A DNA stretch of 64,000 bases from an uncultured Candidatus Saccharibacteria bacterium (GCA_964436255.1 CAYTBW010000005.1:6374-70373); one strand, 5' to 3'; positions 30,140-37,707 are shown, counted from the stretch's first letter. Program-made: numbers and translations. Notes: generated by a model from the sequence alone, not told the origin.

Positions 30140-30399
30140 CGGTTCCTCCTCAGCGGACGAGTGATGAGCCACGTCAGGCCGACCGGGGTGAGCACGAAGG
30201 CAGCCCCGAGCACCTGGTCCAGGAAGTGAGGCCCTCCCTGGTACTTGACCTCCTTTGGCCGTGCCGCTTCGGCGTGCTTGCGCTTGCTCGCCAGCGCCAA
30301 GCTGACTGCGCCCGCTGCGGCCGTGAGACCGAGCGAGACTGCCGTTCCAACTGCTTTCAACGTTCCCCCTAGTGGTTCTTGCTCGTGCGCGGATCGCAC
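30136..30399 (-). CDS. 87-aa two-TM membrane protein, 1st gene of coupled operon
   Basis: GTG start; two hydrophobic helices; preceded by AT-rich promoter-like region (TTGAGA-17-AATAAT) and upstream terminator. Confidence 0.5.
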   Translation of the reverse strand: MRSAHEQEPLGGTLKAVGTAVSLGLTAAAGAVSLALASKRKHAEAARPKEVKYQGGPHFLDQVLGAAFVLTPVGLTWLITRPLRRNR

Positions 30400-30530
30400 T
30401 ATGCATGGAGGGTATTATTAAATGAACACGCAAATATCTCAAGCTTAAGTATAAAGTAAACGAAAAAACGACCTAGATATTTCTAAGTCGTTCTGGGGTG
30501 GGCCCTGCGCCACACCCCGCCGCCTGCCGG

Positions 30531-30758
30531 CTAGTGGCCGCAAGCGATGACGCCGTTGGCGTACTGGATGCAGGTCACGACCGTGTCGTGGTGTTGGCTT
30601 CGCTTTACGGCCTCTTTGATGAGGGCCACCACGAGTGTGCCAAGCCAGATGCCGATGATCATGCCGCCGATGCGAGCGAGGCTGATCTCGCCAGACTCTC
30701 CAGCTCGGGTACGACTAGCAGGTGACTTCGCGCCTTGATAGTGCGAAAAAGCTTTCAT
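30531..30758 (-). CDS. 75-aa single-TM protein with Cys-containing C-terminal tail
   Basis: Strong RBS AAGGAGAGG 8 nt before ATG (MKAFSHYQGAK...); terminator hairpin AACGACCTAGA-tat-TTCTAAGTCGTT + T-run downstream (30462-30495). Confidence 0.6.
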   Translation of the reverse strand: MKAFSHYQGAKSPASRTRAGESGEISLARIGGMIIGIWLGTLVVALIKEAVKRSQHHDTVVTCIQYANGVIACGH

Positions 30759-30787
30759 CTCATACCTCTCCTTAGTGAGCGGGCGAA

Positions 30788-30973
30788 TTATCCGTTGATG
30801 AAGTTGATGACGCCGATCGTCACGAACACGGCGAAGGCCAGGAAGAAGATCGCCGTGTAGATGTTGCTGACCTCTACTTCTTCCGGGTGGCCCTTTTTGC
30901 TCTTTCTCCGGAACTCGTACATCCAACCGAACCGGGCCGGGTACTTATAGGTACCCCATTTTGCTTTGGCCAT
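30788..30973 (-). CDS. 61-aa membrane peptide (C-terminal TM)
   Basis: RBS GAGGAGG 5 nt before ATG; MAKAKWGTYKYPARFGWMYEF...IFFLAFAVFVTIGVINFING. Confidence 0.6.
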   Translation of the reverse strand: MAKAKWGTYKYPARFGWMYEFRRKSKKGHPEEVEVSNIYTAIFFLAFAVFVTIGVINFING

Positions 30974-31088
30974 TCAGGCCTCCTCAGTGTTTGGGGCGCC
31001 ATAGGCACCATGTGCAGGAACTTGTGTATTTATAGCATGAAATTAAGATGATTACAAGGGCTAGTATGTTATCTCTACGAGACTTTAA

Positions 31089-31136
31089 TTATCACCTAAA
31101 CTCACAATGCTGGATTATGAACTTGGGTAATGCCAG
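31089..31136. repeat. Junction repeat R3, copy 1 (TTATCACCTAAACTCACAATGCTGGATTATGAACTTGGGTAATGCCAG)
   Basis: ~90% identical to 33365..33413. Confidence 0.8.
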
Positions 31137-31181
31137 GTCTCGACTGGCAACGCTGCACATTGATGCGTGCAGGACATGGGT

Positions 31182-31619
31182 TCAGCTATCAGCCGAAGTC
31201 GATTCCTCGTCAGAGGTCTTTCCTCCGGTCTTCTTCATCTCCAGTAGGGTCCTAAAGATCATGTAGCCGACGAAGAGAATCGCGATGAAGATCATGCGGA
31301 GCAGTACGACTGCTTCGTGCATGTCCTTTACCTCGACCGGTGGTGGTGCCGGTGTCACCGGCTGCAGCCAAGAGGAGCTGCTCGCAGGCGGGCAGGGCTT
31401 CCACTGTTCGGTGCCGGGCACCGGCCCTCGTGGGTCACCTGGTAGCTCGGTCGGGACTAGGGCCTTGGGCACGCATTCTGACTTGGTTGGCGGCGCGGTC
31501 GTCGTGAAGGCCTGTGTCGTTGTTGTCGACGGGGAGCCTTCGCTTGACGCCGCAGAAGCGGGTGAGCCGATCGATGCTCCGAAGAGAATGATCAGCATTA
31601 GAATCAAGATACGCCTCAC
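31182..31619 (-). CDS. Secreted Pro/Thr-rich protein with C-terminal membrane anchor
   Basis: 145 aa; GTG start 9 nt after AAGGAGG RBS; signal peptide MRRILILMLIILFGASIGSPASA, TTTT/PPP-rich linker, C-terminal TM + charged tail. Confidence 0.65.
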   Translation of the reverse strand: MRRILILMLIILFGASIGSPASAASSEGSPSTTTTQAFTTTAPPTKSECVPKALVPTELPGDPRGPVPGTEQWKPCPPASSSSWLQPVTPAPPPVEVKDMHEAVVLLRMIFIAILFVGYMIFRTLLEMKKTGGKTSDEESTSADS

Positions 31620-31623
31620 GGCG

Positions 31624-31716
31624 CCTCCTTAGGGTAGGGATGGGACAAGCTTGAAGAAGCTAGCACCCGAACGTTAGAACTAGACTATAATAGCATAAGT
31701 GTAATAAAAAGTCAAT
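31624..31716 (-). promoter_or_regulatory. Promoter/RBS cassette P1, copy 1 (TTGACT-17-TATTAT ... CCTAAGGAGG)
   Basis: Minus-strand -35 at 31710-31715, -10 at 31687-31692, RBS 31624-31631; near-identical copy at 40899..40975. Confidence 0.65.
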
Positions 31717-31746
31717 GGTACATCACGTGATTGAGATTTGGAAATC
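31717..31746. repeat. Junction repeat R4, copy 1 (GGTACATCACGTGATTGAGATTTGGAAATC)
   Basis: Matches 33336..33365, where it directly abuts R3. Confidence 0.75.
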
Positions 31747-31861
31747 TTACGAGCTCAGTTCGGCTCGTTATACGAAATGAGCCCCACGTTGCCGTGGGGC
31801 TCGAGATCAGCTTGCCCTGCTTGGTGTATCGAGGATCTCATTCACGATACGCAGTTGTTGC

Positions 31862-32482
31862 TCAGGCCTGAGCCTGCTCCTTGTCCTCGACCTGCACCAC
31901 CACGAGGGGCGGGCAGGCCTTGTTCCACCAGGCACTGAAGCGGAACTGCCGCTTCTTGTAGAGGACCCCGATGATCCAGCAGGCTCCGATGATCACCGCT
32001 ATCCCGAGGAAGTACGGCCAGGCGGCCTGCAAGAAGTTGCCGATCGCAAGGAAGGCTTCCCACAGCATGCCGTTGGAAAGCCCGGCCACGATGACGCCAA
32101 CGCCGACGAAGGGGAGTACGTAGTACCAGGGGTTGTGCTTCCGGTACTCGCCCGTGCGCGGGCTGTAGCCCTTCGGAAGGAGCATCTTGTCCGTCGGGAT
32201 GTGTGACGGCAGCTTGTCTTTCTTCTTCGTTGTCTCGGGGGTAGGTGTGTAGCCGAGGAACCATGCGATTGGCACGACCAGGATCCAGAAGAGGAGCATG
32301 ATGATGCCAAGGATCACTGACCCGATGGCCGAAGCCGGAATCATGATCCAGTAGAACTTGCAGGCCTTCGCTCCTTCGATCTTCTCGGGATCCTCCCAGA
32401 AGAAGTTGACGAACCGGTAGCGCCTGCTGTCGGTGGGGATGGTCGAGAGCCGCGTCTTGAGCTTGCTGATGGGGTGGGGCAC
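31862..32482 (-). CDS. Four-TM membrane protein
   Basis: 206 aa; GTG start with GAAAGGCGG RBS; transcribed from minus arm of bidirectional promoter P2a; stem-loop GAGCCCCACGTTGCCGTGGGGCTC downstream. Confidence 0.6.
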   Translation of the reverse strand: MPHPISKLKTRLSTIPTDSRRYRFVNFFWEDPEKIEGAKACKFYWIMIPASAIGSVILGIIMLLFWILVVPIAWFLGYTPTPETTKKKDKLPSHIPTDKMLLPKGYSPRTGEYRKHNPWYYVLPFVGVGVIVAGLSNGMLWEAFLAIGNFLQAAWPYFLGIAVIIGACWIIGVLYKKRQFRFSAWWNKACPPLVVVQVEDKEQAQA

Positions 32483-32536
32483 GATGCCGCCTTTCTTGGG
32501 TGCGTAGCTACCACGGGTTGTGGCGGCATGAACAAC

Positions 32537-32585
32537 GCATATAATACCACGAAACCTTTACAAAAGCAATAGATTATGGTAATAT
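32537..32585. promoter_or_regulatory. Bidirectional promoter cassette P2, copy a
   Basis: Plus TTTACA(32557)-17-TAATAT(32580); minus TTGCTT (comp. 32564-69)-17-TATTAT (comp. 32541-46); drives 31862..32482(-) and 32636..33067(+). Confidence 0.65.
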
Positions 32586-32635
32586 GTACCCCTGCTCTCA
32601 ACCGAAGCAGTTGAACATCACAGGAAGGGGCTACA

Positions 32636-33067
32636 ATGCCCGACGTGGAAGTGGATTATCCCGAAGGCATGCTCGACGACATCACCAACCGTCTCCGCTT
32701 CAAGCGGGACGTCAAGGGGGTGGTCGCGCGTGGCATGGACTGCATCAAGCCGCCCGAGGAAGGTGAGCCGGAGGTCATGACGCGGTACGCCGCCGATCCC
32801 GACGGCAACGTCGGCCTGCTGCTCCGTCCGTACAAGCCCGAGGACGGCAGCGACATCTGGACCCCCATCCAGGTCCGGATCAGCACCTACGCATGGCCCG
32901 ATCGCATGGCCAACCTCGATGACCGCATCTGGGACATCACCCAGGACGTGCGGCGCCTCCTCAACGTCGAGGTCGAGGAGTTCCTGGAGCGCATGTTCCC
33001 CGGCAAGACCAAGCTGGTGGCCGTTCGCTTCGACCCCAAGTTCCCCGGAGCCTGGGCCGAGGCCTGA
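32636..33067 (+). CDS. Acidic soluble protein, unknown function
   Basis: 143 aa; RBS AGGAAGGGG; high-GC codon usage; followed by hairpin + intrinsic terminator module. Confidence 0.6.
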   Translation: MPDVEVDYPEGMLDDITNRLRFKRDVKGVVARGMDCIKPPEEGEPEVMTRYAADPDGNVGLLLRPYKPEDGSDIWTPIQVRISTYAWPDRMANLDDRIWDITQDVRRLLNVEVEEFLERMFPGKTKLVAVRFDPKFPGAWAEA

Positions 33068-33089
33068 TGCTTCAAGGCCAACAAGAGGC

Positions 33090-33166
33090 GGGGTGTCTCT
33101 GGAGCCAAGAGGCTCACACCCCAAGCGCGGTTTGCACAGAAATGTGCGAGCCGCATTTTCATTTGT
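33090..33166 (+). terminator. Terminator module T1, copy a (bulged hairpin + 12-bp stem/GAAA loop/U-tract)
   Basis: GGGGTGT..GAGCC-aaga-GGCTC..ACACCCC then GCGGTTTGCACA-gaaa-TGTGCGAGCCGC-ATTTTCATTTGT. Confidence 0.7.
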
Positions 33167-33298
33167 ACCCATTAATCCCAGGAGGGTAGGTTGCTAGCGC
33201 AACCTCCGTGGCGTGCTTGGTCAAAGCGCAAGCGAACTTGCTTTTGACGCTGCGCGCGCCACTCCACCGAACCTGCGGTTCTCATCCGCCCTAAATAC

Positions 33299-33341
33299 AA
33301 AAGCCTGCTGACTACTAATGTAATCATCAGACTTTTGGTAC
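33299..33341. terminator. Bidirectional hairpin T2, copy a, plus 7-nt copy of tRNA-Arg 3' end
   Basis: AAAAGCCTGCTGA-ctactaatgtaa-TCATCAGACTTTTGG-TACA; duplicate of tRNA-Arg 3' flank at 34426..34469. Confidence 0.65.
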
Positions 33342-33413
33342 ACCACGTAATTGAGATTTGGAACTTATCACCTAAACTCACAATACTTTGATTATGAACT
33401 TAGGTAATGCCAG
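33336..33413. repeat. Junction repeats R4+R3, copy 2 (contiguous)
   Basis: GGTACACCACGTAATTGAGATTTGGAAC|TTATCACCTAAACTCACAATACTTTGATTATGAACTTAGGTAATGCCAG. Confidence 0.8.
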
Positions 33414-33438
33414 TTTTGTGGGTCTGGCAACCATTTGC

Positions 33439-33750
33439 TCAGGCGTGCGAGCGCCTGGTTGGCTTTACTTTGTCAGCGACGCCGTCTGGTCCGTAGAAGA
33501 CCAGCTTACGAAGCCGGGGATGGAAGGTGAAGTTCTCGGCCTCCAGGAACTGCTCGAGAAGTTCGCGGGACATGCCCCGGACGACCAGCTCCTCCGTTCC
33601 TCCGTACATCAGCGCCCACGTCACCTGCATGAACTCAGGTGGCCTGAAGTCGACCACGAGCTTCCAGGGGTAGGTGTCGTCATCGGGCTCGTTGAACTGC
33701 CCGGTGAGGCTGATGAGCTTGATGCCTTCAATTGCTGGGTACTCGGGCAT
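33439..33750 (-). CDS. 103-aa soluble protein, unknown function
   Basis: Strong RBS AGGAGGG 6 nt before ATG; transcribed from minus arm of P2b; preferred over overlapping plus ORF 33388..33843. Confidence 0.6.
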   Translation of the reverse strand: MPEYPAIEGIKLISLTGQFNEPDDDTYPWKLVVDFRPPEFMQVTWALMYGGTEELVVRGMSRELLEQFLEAENFTFHPRLRKLVFYGPDGVADKVKPTRRSHA

Positions 33751-33803
33751 GGCAGCCCTCCTTGTTCAGGACGGGCTAGCCGTCATTACCAACATGAGAA
33801 CCC

Positions 33804-33852
33804 GCATATAATACCACTAAACCTTTACAAATGCAATACTTAGTGGTATGAT
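33804..33852. promoter_or_regulatory. Bidirectional promoter cassette P2, copy b
   Basis: Plus TTTACA(33824)-17-TATGAT(33847); minus TTGCAT-17-TATTAT; ~90% identical to copy a. Confidence 0.65.
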
Positions 33853-33876
33853 GTGGCATCACCCAGTGGTGAAAGA

Positions 33877-34302
33877 ATGACTTCCAGAAGCGATGAAAGG
33901 GTTCTTGAGATGGTTTCAGAAGCAGCTACCTTCCTTACCTCCTCGACGGAGGTGGGCCGGATCTACGGGCAGGGGATGGACGACGAGTGCATGTTCGACA
34001 CCCTCCCTCTGTTCGGGGGTGATCACGTGATCAACGTCCGGACGCGTGGGGCTGAGGCCCAGAGCATCATGATGCCGAGGCGTACCACGCTCCTGGTGCA
34101 GCTCTTCGAGAGGCCGGACACTCTCTGGCTGGCCTCAGTAGTGCGGATCAATGGCGAATGGATGATCATGTACTCGCCGGTCTCGCTCCCAGAAGTCCTG
34201 GACGGAAGGTCTGAGGCACCCGAACTTGCCGTCGTCACAGAGCGACAGCAGGCCGAGGGGGTCACGGACGAGATGGAGCATCGACTCCGACGAGATACGT
34301 GA
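33877..34302 (+). CDS. Acidic soluble protein, unknown function
   Basis: 141 aa from ATG 33877 (track GTG start 33853 lies inside the -10 element); followed by T1 copy b. Confidence 0.55.
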   Translation: MTSRSDERVLEMVSEAATFLTSSTEVGRIYGQGMDDECMFDTLPLFGGDHVINVRTRGAEAQSIMMPRRTTLLVQLFERPDTLWLASVVRINGEWMIMYSPVSLPEVLDGRSEAPELAVVTERQQAEGVTDEMEHRLRRDT

Positions 34303-34309
34303 GTGCGGC

Positions 34310-34386
34310 GGGGTGTCTCTGGAGCCACGAGGCTCACACCCCAATCGCGGTTTGCATAGAAATGTGCAGGCCGCATTTTCATTTGT
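34310..34386 (+). terminator. Terminator module T1, copy b
   Basis: Same structure as copy a; stem substitutions remain paired via G-U/compensatory changes (GCGGTTTGCATA-gaaa-TGTGCAGGCCGC). Confidence 0.7.
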
Positions 34387-34425
34387 GCTCAAAATATACC
34401 TACGGCTCTCATCCGCCCTAAATAC

Positions 34426-34465
34426 AAAAGCCTGCTGACTACTAATGTAATCATCAGGCTTTTGG
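34426..34465. terminator. Bidirectional hairpin T2, copy b (native tRNA-Arg terminator)
   Basis: AAAAGCCTGCTGA..TCATCAGGCTTTTGG immediately 3' of tRNA-Arg on minus strand. Confidence 0.7.
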
Positions 34466-34538
34466 TACCCTGGGAGGGAATCGAACCCCCGACGCTCTCC
34501 TTAGGACGGAGACGCTCTATCCACTGAGCTACCAGGGC
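34463..34538 (-). tRNA. tRNA-Arg (anticodon CCT)
   Basis: 76-nt cloverleaf read by hand: acceptor GCCCTGG/CCAGGGT, D-arm GCTC/GAGC, anticodon stem TCTCC/GGAGA with loop GTCCTAA, T-arm GGGGG-TTCGATT-CCCTC, encoded CCA. Confidence 0.8.
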
Positions 34539-34630
34539 GTATGCTTAACTCTGCTCACTCTACAACGCCAAGGCCCTCAGTGTAAGGGCGTTCGACGCTT
34601 GTTTTCAATCCTCGGCCTACGGCCTGGGCA

Positions 34631-34653
34631 CTGAGCTACCAGGTCGTGTGATG
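34631..34653. repeat. Partial duplicate of tRNA-Arg 5' half (CACTGAGCTACCAGGTCGTGTGATGC)
   Basis: 22/24-nt match to 34522..34544, ~110 bp outside the tRNA; att/pseudo-tRNA remnant. Confidence 0.6.
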
Positions 34654-34733
34654 CTCAGTTATAAAACTAGCAGTTTCGTGACTAATCTAACAGCGTGCAG
34701 AAGTTATTATACACTAGTTATTGTCATGGGGGA

Positions 34734-34762
34734 TTGACAGAAAAGCATAAGTGTTGTATTTT
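34734..34762 (+). promoter_or_regulatory. Sigma70-type promoter (TTGACA-17-TATTTT) for Zn-ribbon gene
   Basis: Consensus -35, 17-bp spacer containing the recurring AGCATAAGTGT motif, TAGGAGG RBS downstream. Confidence 0.55.
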
Positions 34763-34794
34763 TAGGGCGTCCGCAACCTACTTAGGAGGTAGAT

Positions 34795-35484
34795 ATGGAC
34801 TGCACTAATTGCGGTGCCGCGATCCCTCCTAAGGAGGAGGAATTTGCTGGTACCTGTTATGGCTGTGGGGAATCTCTTGGCTTCCAGCCGTTCGTGAGCG
34901 AGACAGATGAAGCCCTCGATCGCCTAGAACAGCGGGTGAGGGAGGCCCGATTCCACGAGTTGGCTGGAGCCGCAGAGGTGGCCGACGACATCGAGCTTGG
35001 TGATCCTGAAGAGGGCATCGACTTCGAGGCGAATCGTCGTTCGCTGGCTGAGACTCACGAGTTTTTCGCCCCCGTACTCCCGATCTTTGGGACCGAGGAA
35101 GATGCTCGTGCCTCTGCCAGCAGGCACCCAACAGCTCGAGACGGCCAAACGCCGACAAGGGCTGTCGCCTACGAATATTATCGGGTTACCGGTAATATAA
35201 GGGGCGCGCCGACGTCGTTCTGGGTCGAGGTCTCGAGTAACGCTAAGGGTGACACCTCGGCTCGTAGCAAGTACTGCCAGTACGTCTCCGAGCAAGGGTG
35301 GAAGCTGTTCGACCGCGAAGGCCGCTTTGAGTGGCCTGAGGACCCCGCGAAGCGACACCCGGCTAAGAGGAGGTCCCTGGATGTATCAGCTTCAACCCAC
35401 GATGAACCAGACGAGTACCTGTATCGGTTGACGAGTAATTCGCCCTTGGTGTTGGGCCGTCGGGAACGGACACAAGGCACATGA
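34795..35484 (+). CDS. Zn-ribbon (CxxC...CxxC) acidic protein, unknown function
   Basis: 229 aa; RBS TAGGAGG 6 nt upstream; N-terminal CTNCG...CYGCG; GC-rich codons; hairpin terminator 35494..35532. Confidence 0.65.
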   Translation: MDCTNCGAAIPPKEEEFAGTCYGCGESLGFQPFVSETDEALDRLEQRVREARFHELAGAAEVADDIELGDPEEGIDFEANRRSLAETHEFFAPVLPIFGTEEDARASASRHPTARDGQTPTRAVAYEYYRVTGNIRGAPTSFWVEVSSNAKGDTSARSKYCQYVSEQGWKLFDREGRFEWPEDPAKRHPAKRRSLDVSASTHDEPDEYLYRLTSNSPLVLGRRERTQGT

Positions 35485-35493
35485 AGGTGCCTG

Positions 35494-35532
35494 CCCGGTT
35501 TTCTCAAAGACGAGAAGACCGGGTTCCCTTTT
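35494..35532 (+). terminator. Rho-independent terminator
   Basis: CCCGGTTTTCT-caaagacg-AGAAGACCGGG-TTCCCTTTT. Confidence 0.6.
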
Positions 35533-35580
35533 ACACCGAGTATTTATATCTGGCAGAATTGCAGCATAAGCTGTTACAAT

Positions 35581-36153
35581 ATGCGCATGAGTGAACATAA
35601 TCATCGCGACAAAAGAGAGCTCGCCCGTAAGCGTAAATGCAGTGTGGCGCCGGGCCACGAGGGAGAAGTAGTCATTGCCGTTGTGCGCCAATTCGTCGTT
35701 GCCTTGCGCCGCCCGATCCTCTTTATTGGCACAGTTACCGTAATAGCGATGCTGCCCTGGGCGCTGGCGAGTAATTATGCGTCTGACTTTGTCGGCATGA
35801 CCGCGGGGCTTATGTGGATCACGTTTGGCATCCTTGCCCTGTACGGCTTCTGGCGCTGGGTAGGCTGGTATTACAGCGTGTATGTATTAACCAATAAGAG
35901 CCTCACGATTATCACGCAAAAGGGCTTCTTTAACCGCAAAGTATCAGACATGGAGCTTCATAATATCCAGAGCGTTAACTACCACATCGATGGTTTTAAT
36001 GCTGCGGTTTTTGGTTATGGCAACGTGCTAGTCCAGACCCTATCTGGTTCGGGGGACATGGAGTTGAAGTTCGTCCATAAGCCGGCAGTTTTGGCCAAGC
36101 AGATTACTGATGCCGTCCACCAATACGGTTCGACACCACCTGCTGCTTCGTGA
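35581..36153 (+). CDS. Membrane protein with bacterial PH (bPH_2/YdbT-like) domain
   Basis: 190 aa; two TM helices followed by bPH-like region; moderate GC like core genes. Confidence 0.5.
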   Translation: MRMSEHNHRDKRELARKRKCSVAPGHEGEVVIAVVRQFVVALRRPILFIGTVTVIAMLPWALASNYASDFVGMTAGLMWITFGILALYGFWRWVGWYYSVYVLTNKSLTIITQKGFFNRKVSDMELHNIQSVNYHIDGFNAAVFGYGNVLVQTLSGSGDMELKFVHKPAVLAKQITDAVHQYGSTPPAAS

Positions 36154-36181
36154 TACTATACGGGGTAAGTATTAGTAATTT

Positions 36182-37306
36182 ATGAGGGTGAAATCACGTT
36201 ATATGGCACAAGATCCAGACATTAAGCAGAACAAGAAGCCGGCTAAGCCTGCGGCCTCATCAACTAAAAAGTCAGCTCCGAAGAAGTCTGCGGGCAAAGC
36301 AGAGGTAAAGCCTGCAGCTAAGCCAGCAGAAGAGGCCAAAAAGCCTACCGGTGCCAAGCAGCAGAGCTTCCAGGAACGACTCAATAAGCTCGGAGTCAAG
36401 AACGGACCAAGCAAGAAGACCATTGGTTTGATTGTAGGTGCTGTTGTGGCTGCGATTGTAGTTATGATGATTGTGTTTGGCGTACTGATTTACAAATACA
36501 AGCAGACGAACCGTGCTGTGCGCATCTTTGCCAGCGTGGTGCCATATCCAGTGTCGAGCGTGAATGGCAACGTAGTATGGAACACTACTAGCTACAAGGA
36601 TTATTTGTTCGAACTTGCAAGTGTAGAGAAGTTCTATAAGTCACAAGGTCAGGACTTAACTTCTGCAGATGGCAAAAAGAAGTTCGCACAACTTAAGCAA
36701 GACTTAATTAAGCAGCAGGAAGACAACATCCTCGTAGAGCAGTCTGCTAAGAAGTATAAGATTGTCGTGACCAAAAAGGACGTAGACACTGAATTCAACG
36801 AGCTGGTTAAGAATGCCGGCGGTATCGAAAAGGTCAAGACGACCCTAGACAAGCTCTATGGCTGGACGGTCGATGACTTCCGTGAAAAGGTGCGTCAGAG
36901 CATCGTGCAAAAGAAGCTCGGCGAGAAGATCGCGAGTGATCCAGCATTGAACGGCGGAGCAGAGAAGCAGGCCGAGGACATCCTCAAGCAGGTTCGCGAA
37001 GGCGGTGACTTTGCAGAGCTGGCCAAGAAGTATTCTCAGGACGGTAGTGCATCGAACGGCGGAGACCTCGGGTTCTTCGGCAAAGGTCAAATGGTGCCAG
37101 AATTCGAACAGGCAGCCTTTGCGCTCGAAAAGGATGCAGTAAGTGGTATCGTAAAGACCCAGTACGGCTACCATATCATCAAGGTCACGGATAAGAAGGA
37201 TGACCAGGTGAAGGCATCACACATCCTCATTAAGGGAACTGATGTGGAGACTTGGCTCAAGGCTCAGCGAACCAAGGCGAAGATTAAGCAGTACTTCCGA
37301 CCGTAG
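36182..37306 (+). CDS. Membrane-anchored parvulin-type peptidyl-prolyl isomerase (PrsA/SurA-like)
   Basis: 374 aa (start may be ATG 36205); Lys/Ala-rich N-terminus, TM, PpiC rotamase signature (DFAELAKKYSQDGSASNGGDLGFFGKGQMVPEFE...YGYHIIKV). Confidence 0.75.
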   Translation: MRVKSRYMAQDPDIKQNKKPAKPAASSTKKSAPKKSAGKAEVKPAAKPAEEAKKPTGAKQQSFQERLNKLGVKNGPSKKTIGLIVGAVVAAIVVMMIVFGVLIYKYKQTNRAVRIFASVVPYPVSSVNGNVVWNTTSYKDYLFELASVEKFYKSQGQDLTSADGKKKFAQLKQDLIKQQEDNILVEQSAKKYKIVVTKKDVDTEFNELVKNAGGIEKVKTTLDKLYGWTVDDFREKVRQSIVQKKLGEKIASDPALNGGAEKQAEDILKQVREGGDFAELAKKYSQDGSASNGGDLGFFGKGQMVPEFEQAAFALEKDAVSGIVKTQYGYHIIKVTDKKDDQVKASHILIKGTDVETWLKAQRTKAKIKQYFRP

Positions 37307-37323
37307 GTTTTAATCTAGCTCAT

Positions 37324-37354
37324 AAAACTCCTGGGCACACCCAGGAGTTTTTAG
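37324..37354 (+). terminator. Rho-independent terminator after PPIase gene
   Basis: AAAACTCCTGGG-tgcaca-CCCAGGAGTTTTT perfect 9-bp stem + U-tract. Confidence 0.75.
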
Positions 37355-37452
37355 TTATACGAAAATGATTACAAAAGGGTGCGCCGCTTCACCCGAGGGG
37401 AGTTTGTAACTCCTTCCTATGAGTGAAACGGCGGTGTGGTGGAGTAGCTGGG

Positions 37453-37707
37453 CTACTCGTTGCGCTTGTGCTGCCCGTGGGCCCGTGCGCGCTGGATGCA
37501 GTAACGCATCTCCCACTGGATCGGCCACAGCCAGTCACGACGCTTGCGCGGCTTCTGGATGTAGGGCTGATCCCAAGGTCCCAGGAGCCAGTAGATCACC
37601 CACATGACAGCAATCGCCGCCAAGATGAGGACCAACAGGCTTGTGGTGAGCGAGAGGTCCGCGTACCAATTTCCGATACCCTCGAGGGTATCTGTGAAAA
37701 CGCTCAA
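37453..37707 (-). CDS. 84-aa membrane protein
   Basis: TTG start, one TM helix (LLVLILAAIAVMWVIYWLL), basic C-terminus; weak RBS. Confidence 0.4.
   Translation of the reverse strand: MSVFTDTLEGIGNWYADLSLTTSLLVLILAAIAVMWVIYWLLGPWDQPYIQKPRKRRDWLWPIQWEMRYCIQRARAHGQHKRNE

Larger units (their letters stand above)
29625..35540. mobile_element. GC-rich mosaic island A (foreign-origin DNA flanking tRNA-Arg), degraded integrative element
   Basis: Abrupt rise in coding GC with actinobacterial-type codon usage, AT-rich intergenic promoters, small membrane/secreted ORFs, repeated promoter/terminator modules, duplicated tRNA-Arg 3' flank; no integrase present. Confidence 0.5.

Noticed and set aside
31862-32310. 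Overlapping GC-rich ORFs 31842..32264 and 31999..32310 (minus)
   Set aside because: These are alternative frames of the 206-aa TM protein gene with Arg/Ser/Thr-rich low-complexity translations, and are spurious.
33388-33843. 151-aa plus-strand ORF
   Set aside because: Its start lies inside the R3 repeat with no RBS. The opposite-strand ORF 33439..33750 has an AGGAGGG RBS and sits correctly downstream of the minus arm of promoter P2b.
33853-33876. GTG start at 33853 for the 33853..34302 ORF
   Set aside because: The GTG immediately follows the -10 hexamer (33847-33852) of the promoter, so it is most likely upstream of the transcription start. The ATG at 33877 was chosen instead.
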